Origin: Chiloscyllium plagiosum
Taxonomy: Eukaryota
Direction of reading: 5' to 3'
NCBI RefSeq assembly: GCF_004010195.1
Contig: NC_057711.1
Span: forward strand, 82,861,237-82,925,236
DNA: 64,000 bases
Part shown: piece after piece, positions 41,139 through 53,149 of the stretch
How positions within the stretch are numbered: the stretch's first letter is position 1
Layout of the letters: each line of letters begins with the position of its first letter
Made by a program: the position numbers and the translations under genes
The notes under the pieces: model-generated
What the model saw: the letters and a program-made list of their open reading frames with translations, nothing else
Database searches by the model: none
What the model was told of the DNA's origin: nothing

Positions 41139-43560
41139 TAGAACATAGAACAATACAGCACAGAACAGGCCCTTCGGCCCACGATGTTGTGCCGAACATT
41201 TGTCCTAGCTTAAGCACCCATCGATGTACCTATCCAATTGCCGCTTAAAGGTCACCAATGATTCTGACTCTGCCACTCCCACAGGCATCGCATTCCATGC
41301 CCCACCACTCTCTGGGTAAAGAACCCACCCCTGACATCCCCCCTATACCTTCCACCCTTCACCTTAAATTTATGTCCCCTTGTAACACGCTGTTGTACCC
41401 GGGGAAAAAATCTCTGACTGTCTACTCTATCTATTCCCCTGATCACCTTCTAAACCTCTATCAAGTCACCCCTCATCCTTCGCTGTTCCAATGAGAAAAG
41501 ACCTAGCACTCTCAACCTATCCTCATACGACCTATTCTCCATTGCAGGCAATATCCTGGTAAATCTCCTCTGCACCCTCTCCAAAGCTTCCACATCTTTC
41601 CTAAAGTGAGGCGACCAGAACTGCACATAGTACTCCAAATGTGGCCTTACCAAGGTCCTGTACAGCTGCTACATCACCTCACGACTCTTGAATTCAATCC
41701 CTCTGCTAATGAATGCTAATACAACATAGGCCTTCTTACAAGCTCTGTCCACCTGAGTGGCAACTTTCAAAGAGCTATGAACATAGACCCCAAGATCCTC
41801 TGCTCCTCCACCTTACTAAGAACCCTACCATTAACCCTGTATTCCGCATTCTTATTTGTCCTTCCAAAATGGACAACCTCACACTTGACAGGGTTGAACT
41901 CCATCTGCCACTCCTCAGCCCAGCTTTGCATCATATCTAAGTCCCTTTGCAGCCGATAACAGCCCTCCTCACTATCCACAACTCCACCAATCTTCATATC
42001 GTCTGCAAATTTACAGACCCACCATTCGACTCATTAATAAAAATTACAAACAGCAGAGGACCCAGAACTTATCCCTGCGGAACTCCACTTGTAACTGGGC
42101 TCCAGGCTGAATACTTACCATCTATCACCACTCTCTGACTTTGACCGGTTAGCCAGTTCTCTATCCAACTGGCCAAATTTCCCACTATCCCATGCCTCCC
42201 GACTTTCTGCATAAGCCTACCATGGGGAACCTTATCAAATGCCTTACTAAAATCCATGTACACTACCATCCACTGCTCTACCCTCATCCACATGCTTGGT
42301 CACCTCCTCAAATAATTCAATAAGACTTGTAAGGCAAGACCTACCCCTCACAAATCCATGCTGGCTGTCCCTAATCAAGCAGTGTCTTTCCAGATACTCA
42401 TAAGCCCTATCCCTCAGTCCTATCCTGAAGAAGGGCTTATGCCCGAAACATCGATTCTCCTGTTCCCTGGATGCTGCCTGACCTGCTGCGCTTTTCCAGC
42501 AACACATTTTCAGCTCTGATCTCCAGCATCTGCAGACCTCACTTTCTCCTCAAAGATTTCAACCTACTGCGAATCCTCTTACAAGGATGCCTTCCTTGAA
42601 GAAGCTCTCTTCCTCCCTCTACAAAGATTTCAGTGAGTCCCTCTCTCACTGCACCCCCCAGGTCATCTCCTCTGCACAGAAGCTCTTCAGCATTCCTGAA
42701 GAAGGGCTTATGCCCGAAACGTCGATTCTCCTGTTCCCTGGATGCTGCCTGACCTGCTGAGCTTTTCCAGCAACACATTTTCAGCTCTGATCTCCAGCAT
42801 CTGCAGACCTCACTTTCTCCTATCCCTCAGTACCCTTTCCATTACTTTGCCTGGCCTGTAATTCCTGGGGTTATCCCTATTCCCTTTTTTGAACAGGGGC
42901 ACAACATTTGCCACTCTCCAGTCCCCTGGTACCACCCCCGTTGACAGTGAAGACGAAAAGATCATTGCCAACGGCTCTGCAATTTCTTCTCTTGCTTCCC
43001 ACATAATCCTAGGATATATCCCGTCAGGCCGGGGGGACTTGTCTATCCTCAAGTTTTTCAAAATGCCCAACACATCTTCCTTCCTAACAAGTATCTCCTC
43101 TAGCTTACCAGTCCATTTCATACTCTCCTCTTCAACAATACAGTCCCTCTCATTTGTAAATACTGAAGAAAAGTACTCATTCAAGACCTCTCCTATCTCT
43201 TCCGACTCAATACACAGTCTCCCACTACTGTCCTTGATCGGACCTACCCTCGTTCTCGTCATTCTCCTGTTTCTCACAAACGCATAAAAGGCCTTGGGGT
43301 TATCCTTGATCCTACCCACCAAAGATTTTTCATGCCCTCTCTTTTCAGCTCCCTCCTGGCTATCCTGTATCCCTCCAACGCTCTGTCTGAACCTTGTTTC
43401 CTCAGCCATATGTAAGCCTTCTTCTTCCTCTTTACTAGATATTCAACCTCCCTCGTCAACCAAGGTTCCCTCACACGACCATCTCTTTCCTGCCTGACAG
43501 GTACATACATATCAAGGACACGTCGTATCTGTTCCATGAAAAAGTTCCACATTTCAATGA
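41139..43560 (-). mobile_element. Young CR1 ORF2 (interrupted by the PLE tandem at 42419-42818)
   Basis: Consecutive minus ORFs 43274, 42810, 42069, 41767, 41450, 41252; possible short TSD aaact. Confidence 0.88.
42419..42818 (+). mobile_element. Tandem PLE terminal-repeat dimer with two hammerhead-like cores (42425, 42696) and 13-bp TSD
   Basis: TSD cctatccctcagt at 42406-42418 and 42819-42831; direct repeats of about 125 bp with a 271-nt period. Confidence 0.88.
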
Positions 43561-44156
43561 CAAACTGCTTTGAGACATCCAGTAGTTTGAAAAGTGCTGT
43601 ACAAGTGGAAGTCTTTCCTATTTCTTATCTCCATCAAAAGAGTGAACATTACTGTCTTTAAAATCTTCACCATAAACATCCCATGGATCATCCTTCACCA
43701 GAAGTTTATCATATAAATTCTGCTCCAGAGGGTAAAAAAACAAACAAAAAGTCATACTTTGGAAAGAATATTTTAGTCATATTGGGTCTACATTATCAAA
43801 CATAGTCATAATATTTGTCATTGATATGTTTTACTGGTTTTTCCTTCTTGGGTGGTTACAATTGAACATGCCAGATTTAATGTTAGCAATGGCAGTTCTC
43901 TAGACTGTTTGGAGAACTGATGAAAGCCCCTCGTAACTTCCGTGGCGGAGGCCTGACATGATTTTATCTGGCCAGCAACTCTTCGACACAGTCAAGCTTT
44001 ACTAGTGTGGAGATTCTGTCACTGAAAGGTGCCAATTAATCAGAGGGTGACAAATATCCAATACCATTGGTGCCACCAGGAACTGTGGCTACCAGCAATG
44101 CTCTGCCTGAGAACTGCTGCAGGATTATTGGACACTGATGAGTGAGATATGATGAG

Positions 44157-44175
44157 NNNNNNNNNNNNNNNNNNN
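44157..44175. other. Assembly gap (19 N)
   Basis: Run of N. Confidence 1.
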
Positions 44176-44519
44176 GGGGAAGGTGTTGGAGGCTGCTTTT
44201 ATTGATTTTTGGTGTGCTCAGGGATAATTGCTCTTAAGTGACAGATTGAGTCAAAATAACATCTCGCTACATTAAGTGGGATTCCAAAAATTATTTGGAG
44301 ACAGTTTTCCCCAATAAGAAAATCCAATGCTGGTTTTCCCACTTGATTTCAGTTTTAATTTTGCTGATTAGGAAATGATAATTTAATTTCATTTGAAACT
44401 ATTTCAGAATGCAAATAGACTTATTGCCAATACGTTTGTTAGATTATTAGTTTCTCATTACACCTTTATCCATGCAATTATAAAGCTTTGATATTTCTAA
44501 GTTCATTGCCCTTTCTGTA

Positions 44520-47460
44520 TGTTTCAGTTAGATCCCCCCTCAACATTCTAAACTCCATCAAGTATAGACCCAGAGTCCTCAAACATTCCTCGTATGTTAA
44601 GCTTTTCATTCATGTGACCATTGTAGTGAACCTCCTCTGAACACGGTTCAGGGCAAATACATCCTTTCTGAGATATGGGGCCCAAAGCTGCACAGAACAC
44701 TTCAATTGTGGTCTGACCAAAGCCTGACAGAGTCTCAGAAGTACATCCCTGCTTGTATATTCAACTCATCCCAAAATAAATGCCATCATTGCATTTGCGT
44801 TCCCAACTACTGACTCAAGTTTCCCTTGAGAGAATCCTGACTAGAATTCCCAAATCTCTTTGCACTTCAGACTTCTGAATATTCTCCCCATTTACAAAAT
44901 AGTCCATGCCTCCATTCTTCCTACCTTATACTTTGCCATGTACTCCATCTGCCACTTCTTTGCTCACGCTCCTAACTTGTCTCAATCCTTCTGCAGTCTC
45001 CCCGCCTCCTCAATGTTACCAGTCCCTCTATCTATCTTTGTATCATCTGTAAACTTAGCCAGAATACCCTCAGTTCCTCTGTCTAGATTGTTAATGTATA
45101 AACTGAGAAGTTGTGGGCCCAACACTGAGCCTTGCAGACAGCACTTGTCACCAGCTGCTATCCTGAGAAGACCCTTTAATCTATAATTTTGCCAAACAGC
45201 CAAGCTTCTATCCATGCTAGCACCTTCCCTCTGACACCATGGGCCCTTATCTTACTCAGTAGCCTCCTGGGCGGCACCTTGTCAAAGGCCTTCTTGAAGT
45301 CCAGGTAGATAACATCCATTGGCTGTCCTTGGTCTAACCTGCATGTTACTTCCTCAAAGAATTCTAACAGATTTGTCAGGCATGAATTCCCTTGATGAAA
45401 CCATGCTGACTTTGCACTATTTTACTATACAGTTCCAAGTATTCAGAAATCACAACCTTCATAATGGGTTCCAGGATCTTAGCCAAGACTGAGGTTAAGC
45501 TAATTGATCTGTAGTTTTCAGTCTTTTGTCTTACTCCCTTTTTTAACAGAGATGTCACATTAATAATTTTCCAATCCTCTGGGACCCTCTACTAGCAATT
45601 CCTGTAAGATCACCAGTAACACATCCACTATCTCTTCAGCTATCTCTCTTCGAACTCTGGGGTGTAATCTATCTGGTCCAGGCAATTTATCCACCTTTAG
45701 GCCATCAGTTTTTCTAGCACCTACTCCTTGATAATGGCCACCATTCTCAGCTCTGCCCCTTCACTCTCCTGAACTTTTGAGACATTACTCGTATCTTCCA
45801 CTGTGAAGACTGACGGGAAGTAATTATTTCATTCCTCATCCATTTCCTTGTTCCCCACTACTATCTAATCAGCATCATTTTCCAGTGGCCCAATGCTCAC
45901 TTTTGCTTCTCTTTTGCCCTTTATATAATCGAAAGAAACTCTTACAGTCTTCCTTTGTTATTTCTAACTAACGTACTCTCCAATTTGATCTTCTCCCCAC
46001 TTATTTCTTTTTTGTTGCCCTCTGTTGTCCTTTGTAAACTTTCAAATCCTCTGGTTTCCCACTGCCCTTCACTGCATTATATGCTTTCTCTTTTACTTTT
46101 ATGCTATCCATAACTTCCTTAGTAAGCCATGATTGCCTCATCCTCCCTCTACCATGCTTCTCTGCTGTGTCTCCTGAATTACTCCCAGAATCACCTGCCA
46201 TTGCTATTCCACTACCTTTCCTGCTTGGCACCTCTCCCAGTCAATTCTACCCAGCTCCTTCCTCATGGCTCTATAGTTGCCTTTATTTAGCTATTATACT
46301 GTTACCTCTGATTCTATCTTCTTCCTCTCAAATTGCAGAGTAAATTCATTCATATTATGATCACTGCTTCTAAGGGTTTCTTCACCTTAAGCTTCCTTAT
46401 CAAGTCTGCCTCATTGCACAACACTAAATCCAATATTGCCTGTTCCCTAGTGGCTCCACCACAAGCTGATCCAAAAGGCCATCTCATAGACATTCCACAA
46501 ATTCCATGTCTTGCAATCCACTACCAACCTGATTTTCCCAGTCCACCTGCATATTGAAATTTTTCCTTTCCTACACATATTTTCTGTTGAGAGTGTGGTG
46601 TTGGAAAAGCACAGCAGGTCAGGCAGCATCCAAGGAGCAGGACAATTGATGTTTTTGGGCATAAGGCCTTCATCAGTAATTCCTGATGACGGGCTTATGC
46701 CCAAAACGTCAGGTGAAGACCATCCCATCGGAAAAGGTCCCTTCTTCCCTACTACTGGTGCTCATGTCCCATGAATTCTAACCCATTTCTCCCACGTCAA
46801 TCTTTGAGCCACGCATTTAGCTGCTTAATCTTATTGACCCTGTGACAATTATCTCATGGCTCAGGTAGTAATCCAGAGATTATTACCTTTTTGGTTCTGC
46901 TTTTAATTTTAGTCCCAGTTGTTCATACTCCCTTAGCAGAACCTCTGCCTGAGTTTTATCTATGTTGTTGGTACCTACATGGACTATGACCACTGGATCT
47001 TCACCCTCCCACTCCAAGTTCCTCTCCAGCCCAGATGCGATATCCCGAACCGAGCACCAGGCAGGCAGTGCAAACTATGGAACTCTTGATCCTAGTCACA
47101 GAGAACAGTGTCTATGCCTCAAACCATACTATCCGCATTTCTCTCCCGCACCCCCGGAACCACATTGCTATGGTCAGTTGGCTCATCCTCCCTGCAGTCC
47201 CTATTCCCATTCACATAGCGAGCAAAACTCTTGAACCTGTTGGACAAGGACCAGGGCTGAGGCTCCTGTAACCCTACCTCCTAGATCCCTCTACCTACCT
47301 CACACAGTCACACCCTCCTATCCCTGACCACTGGCCAAATTTGAGTTAGTCTGAGGGGGTGTGACTGTCTTCTGAAATACAGCATCCAGGAACCAACAGT
47401 GACGTGGTCACTGGGAACCACCAGCTCTGACATCATGCAGAAACAACACATCACCTGACC
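44520..47460 (-). mobile_element. Long decayed CR1 including ORF1 SGNH-esterase remnants
   Basis: ORF2 motifs QGSVLGPQL..KFTDDTKI and NYRSISLTSV; ORF1-like CLPGAR (about 47050-47070) and VVIVHVGTNNI (about 46960-46992) on the minus strand. Confidence 0.75.
46585..46710. mobile_element. Partial foldback PLE terminal repeat (family A-like)
   Basis: Minus arm ..gggcataaggccttcatcagtaat abuts plus arm tcctgatgacgggcttatgcccaaaacgtc. Confidence 0.7.
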
Positions 47461-47667
47461 CTCTATCCTTACTCAATGCATTATGAATTTGTTTTTTAAA
47501 ATTTTTAACTATTTTTGTATCTCTGCTTATGCAATAAATAAATAAGTTGTAACGAAGAAATTAGCAAGGTTCAAATTTAGCAGACCTTTTATTAGCCAAT
47601 CAAATCACAGCCCTCCTATGATGCCACTTTTCAGTTTTTCCTCAGTCAAAACCATTTTTATACAGAA

Positions 47668-47862
47668 TGTGGGGGTGCCGTTGTGGGACTGCAGTGTACA
47701 AAGTTAAAAATCACACAACACCAGGTTATGGTCCAACAGGTTTATTTGGAAACACTAGCTTTTGCAGGGCTACACAACCACTTGATGAAGGAGCAGCACT
47801 CCGAAAACTAGTGTTTCCAATAAACCTGTTGGACTATAGGTGTTGTCTGACTTTTAATTTTG
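47668..47862. mobile_element. Foldback PLE terminal-repeat mini-element (family B)
   Basis: Left arm (minus) aagttaaaaatcacacaacaccagg..aaacactagctttt; right arm cac-ttgatga-a-ggag..ctcc-gaaa-ac-ta-gtg..ctgttggactata; same family as 12020-12164. Confidence 0.78.
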
Positions 47863-48087
47863 ATTCAGAACCTCTTACCTTCCTAGACTGATTGCTATTC
47901 GGTCCGGCTCAGCTCCGGTCCTGAAGTGCAGACCCTAAATCCATGTGGCAAGTTTTTATAATCTCTTACCTTCCCAGGGTCCTCTCCATTCATTCTCACT
48001 CAGACACCAAACTACATACACTGCAACCAACAAATTTTGCAGTAGCACATCTCTCTACACTCCTTTTATTTTTGGTTAGAGGTTAGT

Positions 48088-48405
48088 GGGCGGCACGGTG
48101 GCACAGTGGTTAGCACTGCTGCCTCACAGCGCCAGAGACCCAGGTTCAATTCCCGACTCAGGCGACTGACTGTGTGGAGTTTGCACATTCTCCCTGTGTC
48201 TGCGTGGGTTTCCTCCAGGTGCTCCAGTTTCCTCCCACAGTCCAAAGATGTGCAGGTTAGGTGAATTGGCTATGCTAAATTGCCCGTAGTGTTAGGTAAG
48301 GAGTAAATGTAGAGGAATGGGTGGGTTGCGCTTCGGCGGGTCGGTGTGGACTTGTTGGGCCAAAGGGCCTGTTTCCACATTGTAAGTAATCTAATCTAAT
48401 CTAAT
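48088..48405 (+). mobile_element. HE1/V-SINE, young
   Basis: A/B boxes, V-domain, (taatc)n tail. Confidence 0.9.
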
Positions 48406-49259
48406 AGAACGAAAGGAAGGAAACACTACTATGGTGTAGTGTTTAGGCATTAAGCACTCCATGATACCAAGCCCACCATAATCTACTCTTCAGTGTTAGG
48501 TGACTGCCTCCAGGCTGTAATAAATACGCGGAACTGAAGAAGAAAGAATGAAAGGGAAGGCATATGATAATGTGGAAAGCAGGATAAATAAATATAAAAA
48601 GGGATTTAATTGCAAAGAAAAAGATGATGGTAATGCACAAGAAACAAATATACATACAGAGGAAGGATACTTCAAAACAGTAGAATCATTACCATCAACT
48701 GTTACCAAAACATGAGGGAGAGACTAAGAGGGAGTTTCTGTTTTTATTGCCTATTTTTAATGTTAGATGAAGATTGCCCTAATTGATGTCATTGTCAACT
48801 GTACTTTTACCATTCTCTATGGCCAAAGACAAGGGGTATGCATAAAGAAATGCTACAACAGAGCCCTATGGAACTGTTCACCACCAGGAATTCTATCATC
48901 AGAAGAGGCAAACAAAAGATTTTTTTTAAAAAAATCCTTACTGGAAAAAATATTTGTCAATAAAGTATTATAGAAGGGAGTAAAGTCAAAGATTTTATTT
49001 AAACAGAAATATATTTTTATGCAAAAATGATGTAATGGCTTATAATAGTCATACATTATGAACTAGATTGAATCATAAAGTATTGATAAATATTTTATTC
49101 AAATATTTTACTAAATATCTTTCTACTACTGACAACAATCGCAGACTGGTTTGATCAACAATAATTACAGCAAATATACATATCTCAGCTATATAAATTT
49201 ATATGTTTATCAATTTTTGTTTATCAATTCCTATGTTTATCAATTTGATTTTTTGACAG

Positions 49260-49358
49260 CTTCTTTGGCTCCACAAAGACTGCATGACATAACAAGTGTC
49301 AGTGTTCGGGCTCTCATTTCCGGTACTGTTGCCAGCTTCATGACCGCCTGTGTAGCAG
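49260..49358 (+). CDS. SLC28A3: CNT3-like internal exon F (99 nt, phase 1/1)
   Basis: ttttgacag|CT...GCAG|gtataa; T+CT completes Ser. Translates to SLAPQRLHDITSVSVRALISGTVASFMTACVA(G). Confidence 0.92.
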
Positions 49359-50373
49359 GTATAAATTTTGCATTATTACTACATAATTTTCCATGTAAGG
49401 ACAATGAATGGTGCCCATTGTTAGTTGAACATACATTGTCCATTTAATCTCAGTGATATTTTGTGCCCCAATTACTTAAAGTACAAATTGATAACATTGC
49501 AGTGAAGGAAATGGACCCAAGTAAATGAGGTAAGCAATAATTTATCTCCCTAACCAACCAGATTTTACATTAGCAATGAGTTAGAAATTAGAGTGAGAGA
49601 AATTCAATGCCAAATCAGACACAGAAAATAAATGAAAAATGGGAAAGAAAGATTAAATCGAAGGAATAAAGCAAAAAAAAGGAAAAGAAAAATAATTAAT
49701 ATTTTAAAAACTATTTTGGATATCCAATGACAAAAACAGAAAAAAAAGAAACTCCACATTTGTAATAGCCAATTCTCAGTGCCAGAAAAATTATTATTTG
49801 TATTTACCATTGAATGCATTGTTAAAAGAATCTTTGACAATGAATCCTGTCATGACTTAAAGCTCCCAAGATTGGCTCTTTCATTTCAGAACAGCTCTAA
49901 CTGTGGTGGGCATTATCCAATATTGTTACCAAAAATGTGTAGTCCTTGGAGGAAACTATATTACCCCCATTTATTTGGATATTTGTGTTTTTCATTTATG
50001 TCTGTCTTCAATAGGCCGATTAACACCAGAAGGGTCAAAATCTAATTCACAGAGTCATAGAGTTTTACAACATAGAGTTCTTTTGGCCATCGTGTCTGCC
50101 TGGTTATCAAGCACATATCTACTATCATCCGATATTCCTGCATTTGGCTCGTGGTCTTGTATGTTATGGCATTTCAAGTGTTCATCTAAATACTTCTGAA
50201 ATATTATTGATGATTCCTGCTTCTACCACCCTCTCAAGTAGTGAATTTCAGATACTCACCACTCTCTGGATGAAAAAGCTGTTTTCTTAAATCTCCTGTA
50301 AACCTTCTGCAGCTTACTTTAAATCTATGTTCCTTGGTTATTGACTCTTCCACTAAGGGGAAATGTTCCTTCC

Positions 50374-50509
50374 CACATTCTTGATGAAGGGCTTATGCCC
50401 AAAACGTCGACTCTCCTGCTTCTCAGATGCTACTTGACCTGCTGTGCTTTTCTAGTGCCATACCTTTCGACTCGGACTCTCCAGCATCTGCACTCCCCAC
50501 TTTCTCTCA
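50374..50509 (+). mobile_element. PLE terminal-repeat monomer (family A-like) with 14-bp TSD
   Basis: gaaatgttccttcc (50360-50373) and gaaatgtttcttcc (50510-50523); core ttgatgaagggcttatgcccaaaacgtc. Confidence 0.75.
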
Positions 50510-50940
50510 GAAATGTTTCTTCCAATGTATCTTTATCATAATTTTTTATACCTCAATTATGTTTCCCTTAGTATGGCCTTGCTTACATCTTATACAACTT
50601 CTTCATATCCTCCCTGCTCTTGTATTTAATATCTTGTCTAATAAAACCAAGTATTCCACAAACTTTTTTAACTGCCTTATCCAGTCTAAGGACATGTACA
50701 TCAAGGTCCCTCAGGTCCTCTGTACTACTAGAGTCCTACCATTCAGTGTGTACTTTCTTGACTTGTTAGCCTCCCAAAATTCATCACCTCACACTTTTTC
50801 AGATTAAGTTCCATTTGCCACTGTTCTGCTCATCTGACCAGCCTGCTGTTATGTTCTTTAAGGTTTTCCTCATCGCAGTTTAACACACCACCAACCTTTG
50901 TGTCATCTGTGAACTTACTGATCAAAACTCCTACATTTAT

Positions 50941-51029
50941 TCCTGAAGAAGGGCTCATGCCCGAAACGTCGATTCTCCTGCTCCTTGGATGCTGCCTGAC
51001 CTGCTGCGCTTTTCCAGCAACACATTTTC
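50941..51029 (+). mobile_element. 89-bp PLE terminal-repeat monomer (family A) with perfect 15-bp TSD
   Basis: aactcctacatttat at 50926-50940 and 51030-51044; intact core ctgaaga-a-gggc-tcat-gccc-gaaa-cg-tc. Confidence 0.9.
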
Positions 51030-52627
51030 AACTCCTACATTTATGTCTAGAACTTTAATGTATGCAGCACTGAACCCTGCAGTATGCTATTGGACACAGA
51101 ATTTCAGTTCGAAAAACATTCTTTGGCTATCATTTTCTGTCACCTTTATAGGAACATGTTGGCCCGCACTTCCACTTTTTAGAAGACTCCCACTGCTGTG
51201 ATGTAGATTTTCTGACAAGTAGCTGCTTGCAGCCTACTTTGGCCATATCTTGTCTTATCATATTATAATTGACTTGCCCCAATTCAGAATCTTTATTTCC
51301 AGTCATATTTGTCTTTTTCCACAACTACCTTACCAAACTACTTCAGCAGACACACTTGCCCAGGTTTGTTCCCTAAAATTAGGACTTTCCATGTGCTATC
51401 TTGAAAGCTCTTGTGGACATATTTTTAAGAACTATGTCACACTTTGTCTATCCCAGCTAACATTGGAGAAATTGAAATGACCTACTGGTACTACCCGTTT
51501 AATTTCATACTTATTTGAAAAACCAATATATATGCCCTTTTTTCTCTCCCTGACTGTTTGTGCAACTATAATATACTGCCAAGACTGTCTCTTTTTCCTT
51601 CTTACATTCAACATATGGCTTCAGTTAAGGAACCATCCAAGGTATCATCCCTCATTATTGCAATAATTAACTCTTTGATGATTATTGTAATATCATCCCC
51701 TATTTTAGACATAACCCTCCCATCCCTAACACTCTGAATTCCAGAATATTGAGTTGCTAGTCCTCCCCTCACTCAACCATGTCTCTGAGATAGCAATTGT
51801 ATCAGAACCCTGTGTGTTAATCAGTACACGCAACTCATCTGACTTATTCACCAGACTCATCGTATTAAAATAAATGCCATACAGCCTTGCTGTTCTCCCA
51901 GTGGCCTTAACTGTATACAGTCTGCCTACTAGATTGACTGTATTATCTTCTATATTTGTCTGTGCATCATCTGTTATTGTACCTTCACTACATATTCTTT
52001 CCTCCTGAAAAATTAATTTAAACCTCCACCAATCACAGTCCCAAAGCCCTGCAAAGATGTGAGTCTGCATTTTGGCTCAGGTGCACCCCGTTGGATTTGA
52101 ATAGGTCCTACTTTCCCAAGAAATGGATCTTGCAAAGTGCTTTATTGCAGAGAAAGATGAAGAACAGAACAATGAACTCAGCACTTTAATTCTGTTGATA
52201 CAACTTGCATTCACTAAATTCTATATAAGTAATGAACAAGTAATGCTGTTTAACTTTGCTTAATATAAACATAATAGTGACTTTTCATTCTGGCTACTGT
52301 ATGTAAGAAACTCCTCATCTTGCTTTATTTGTCTCTTCTCTTAATGAAGCAATCAAATTTGCAAAGGTAGACTGAAATATGAGTTTGAAATAATGTCACA
52401 ATAGTTTCCTGGAACAGTACGTGGTGGAACCAAGCAGCTATCATTTCTAACAACGTGTAATGAGGCAGGTTTGATTAATCATTTTAAAATAAAAGACACC
52501 CTGTGACAAAGCAATCATAATCTGTTTGAGTTCCATATTAAATTTGAAAGCAATATAATCCAGTCATGCATAAGAATTTTAAAGTTATACAAAGCCAACG
52601 CCATTGGTATGAAAGGAGACTTCAATA

Positions 52628-52802
52628 AGAGCAGAGTATTGCAGATACTGGGGATTTAAAATAAAAACAAAGTGCTGGAGATGCTCAGCAGCTCTGGCAG
52701 CATCTGTGGAGAGAGAAAAGGTTAACCAGAACACTGGTTTGGATACTGAAGAAGAGACAAATTGGACTCAACGTTAACTATCTCTGTCTCTACAGATACT
52801 AC
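52628..52802. mobile_element. Decayed foldback PLE terminal repeat (family C)
   Basis: Minus arm ..gcagcatctgtggagagagaaaaggttaac; plus arm ctgaagaagag..gactc-aacgttaactatctctgtctctacagatac. Confidence 0.55.
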
Positions 52803-53149
52803 CTTCACATGCTATCTGTCTTCAAAATAGAAGGTACATATTGTGTACGAAAAAATGAAGGTTAACTAAACAGTTAACAGGAGTGAGAAGTGTAAGGTAA
52901 ATAAAATTAGTAATGAAATGGTTTGTAGAAGCCTGAGCAACTGAATGTCAACAAATCCCTAAGAGCAGACGACCTGCATCCAAGAATTTGAAAAGAACTA
53001 GCTGGAAAAGTAATGCACTTGTTATGATTTTCCAAAATTCCTTGGGTTCTGGAATGGTGCTTGTGGATTAGATGTTAACAAATGTAACTCTGCCATGCGA
53101 AAAGGAGGTAGAGGTATAACTAAGAATTACAGGCCAGGTTGTCTGACGT

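Larger units (their letters stand above)
40773..43625 (+). mobile_element. Deu-domain (SacSINE1/AmnSINE1-like) SINE, split by a CR1 insertion (parts 40773-41138 and 43561-43625)
   Basis: tRNA-like head, Deu-like core gaggtgctatcttttgggtgaggtgttaaactgaggtc..tcaggtggatataaa, L2-like tail gctttgagacatcc..gaaaagtgctgtacaagt. Family name from recall. Confidence 0.6.
50050..52130 (-). mobile_element. Old CR1 with deletions, host of two PLE mini-insertions
   Basis: ORF 51726-52070 has EN-like YFNTMSLVNKSDEL..IAISETWL; 3' tail agagtcatagag at about 50051. Confidence 0.7.

Noticed and set aside
42419..42818. Repeat-spacer-repeat as a CRISPR array or LTR/TRIM element
   Set aside because: Eukaryotic context, only two ~125-bp repeats, no TG..CA ends, PBS or PPT, and the repeat is the PLE terminal sequence also seen at 62680-62775.
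43916..43960. ctgatga as another hammerhead core
   Set aside because: No stem II followed by GAAA, and no PLE-like flanks.
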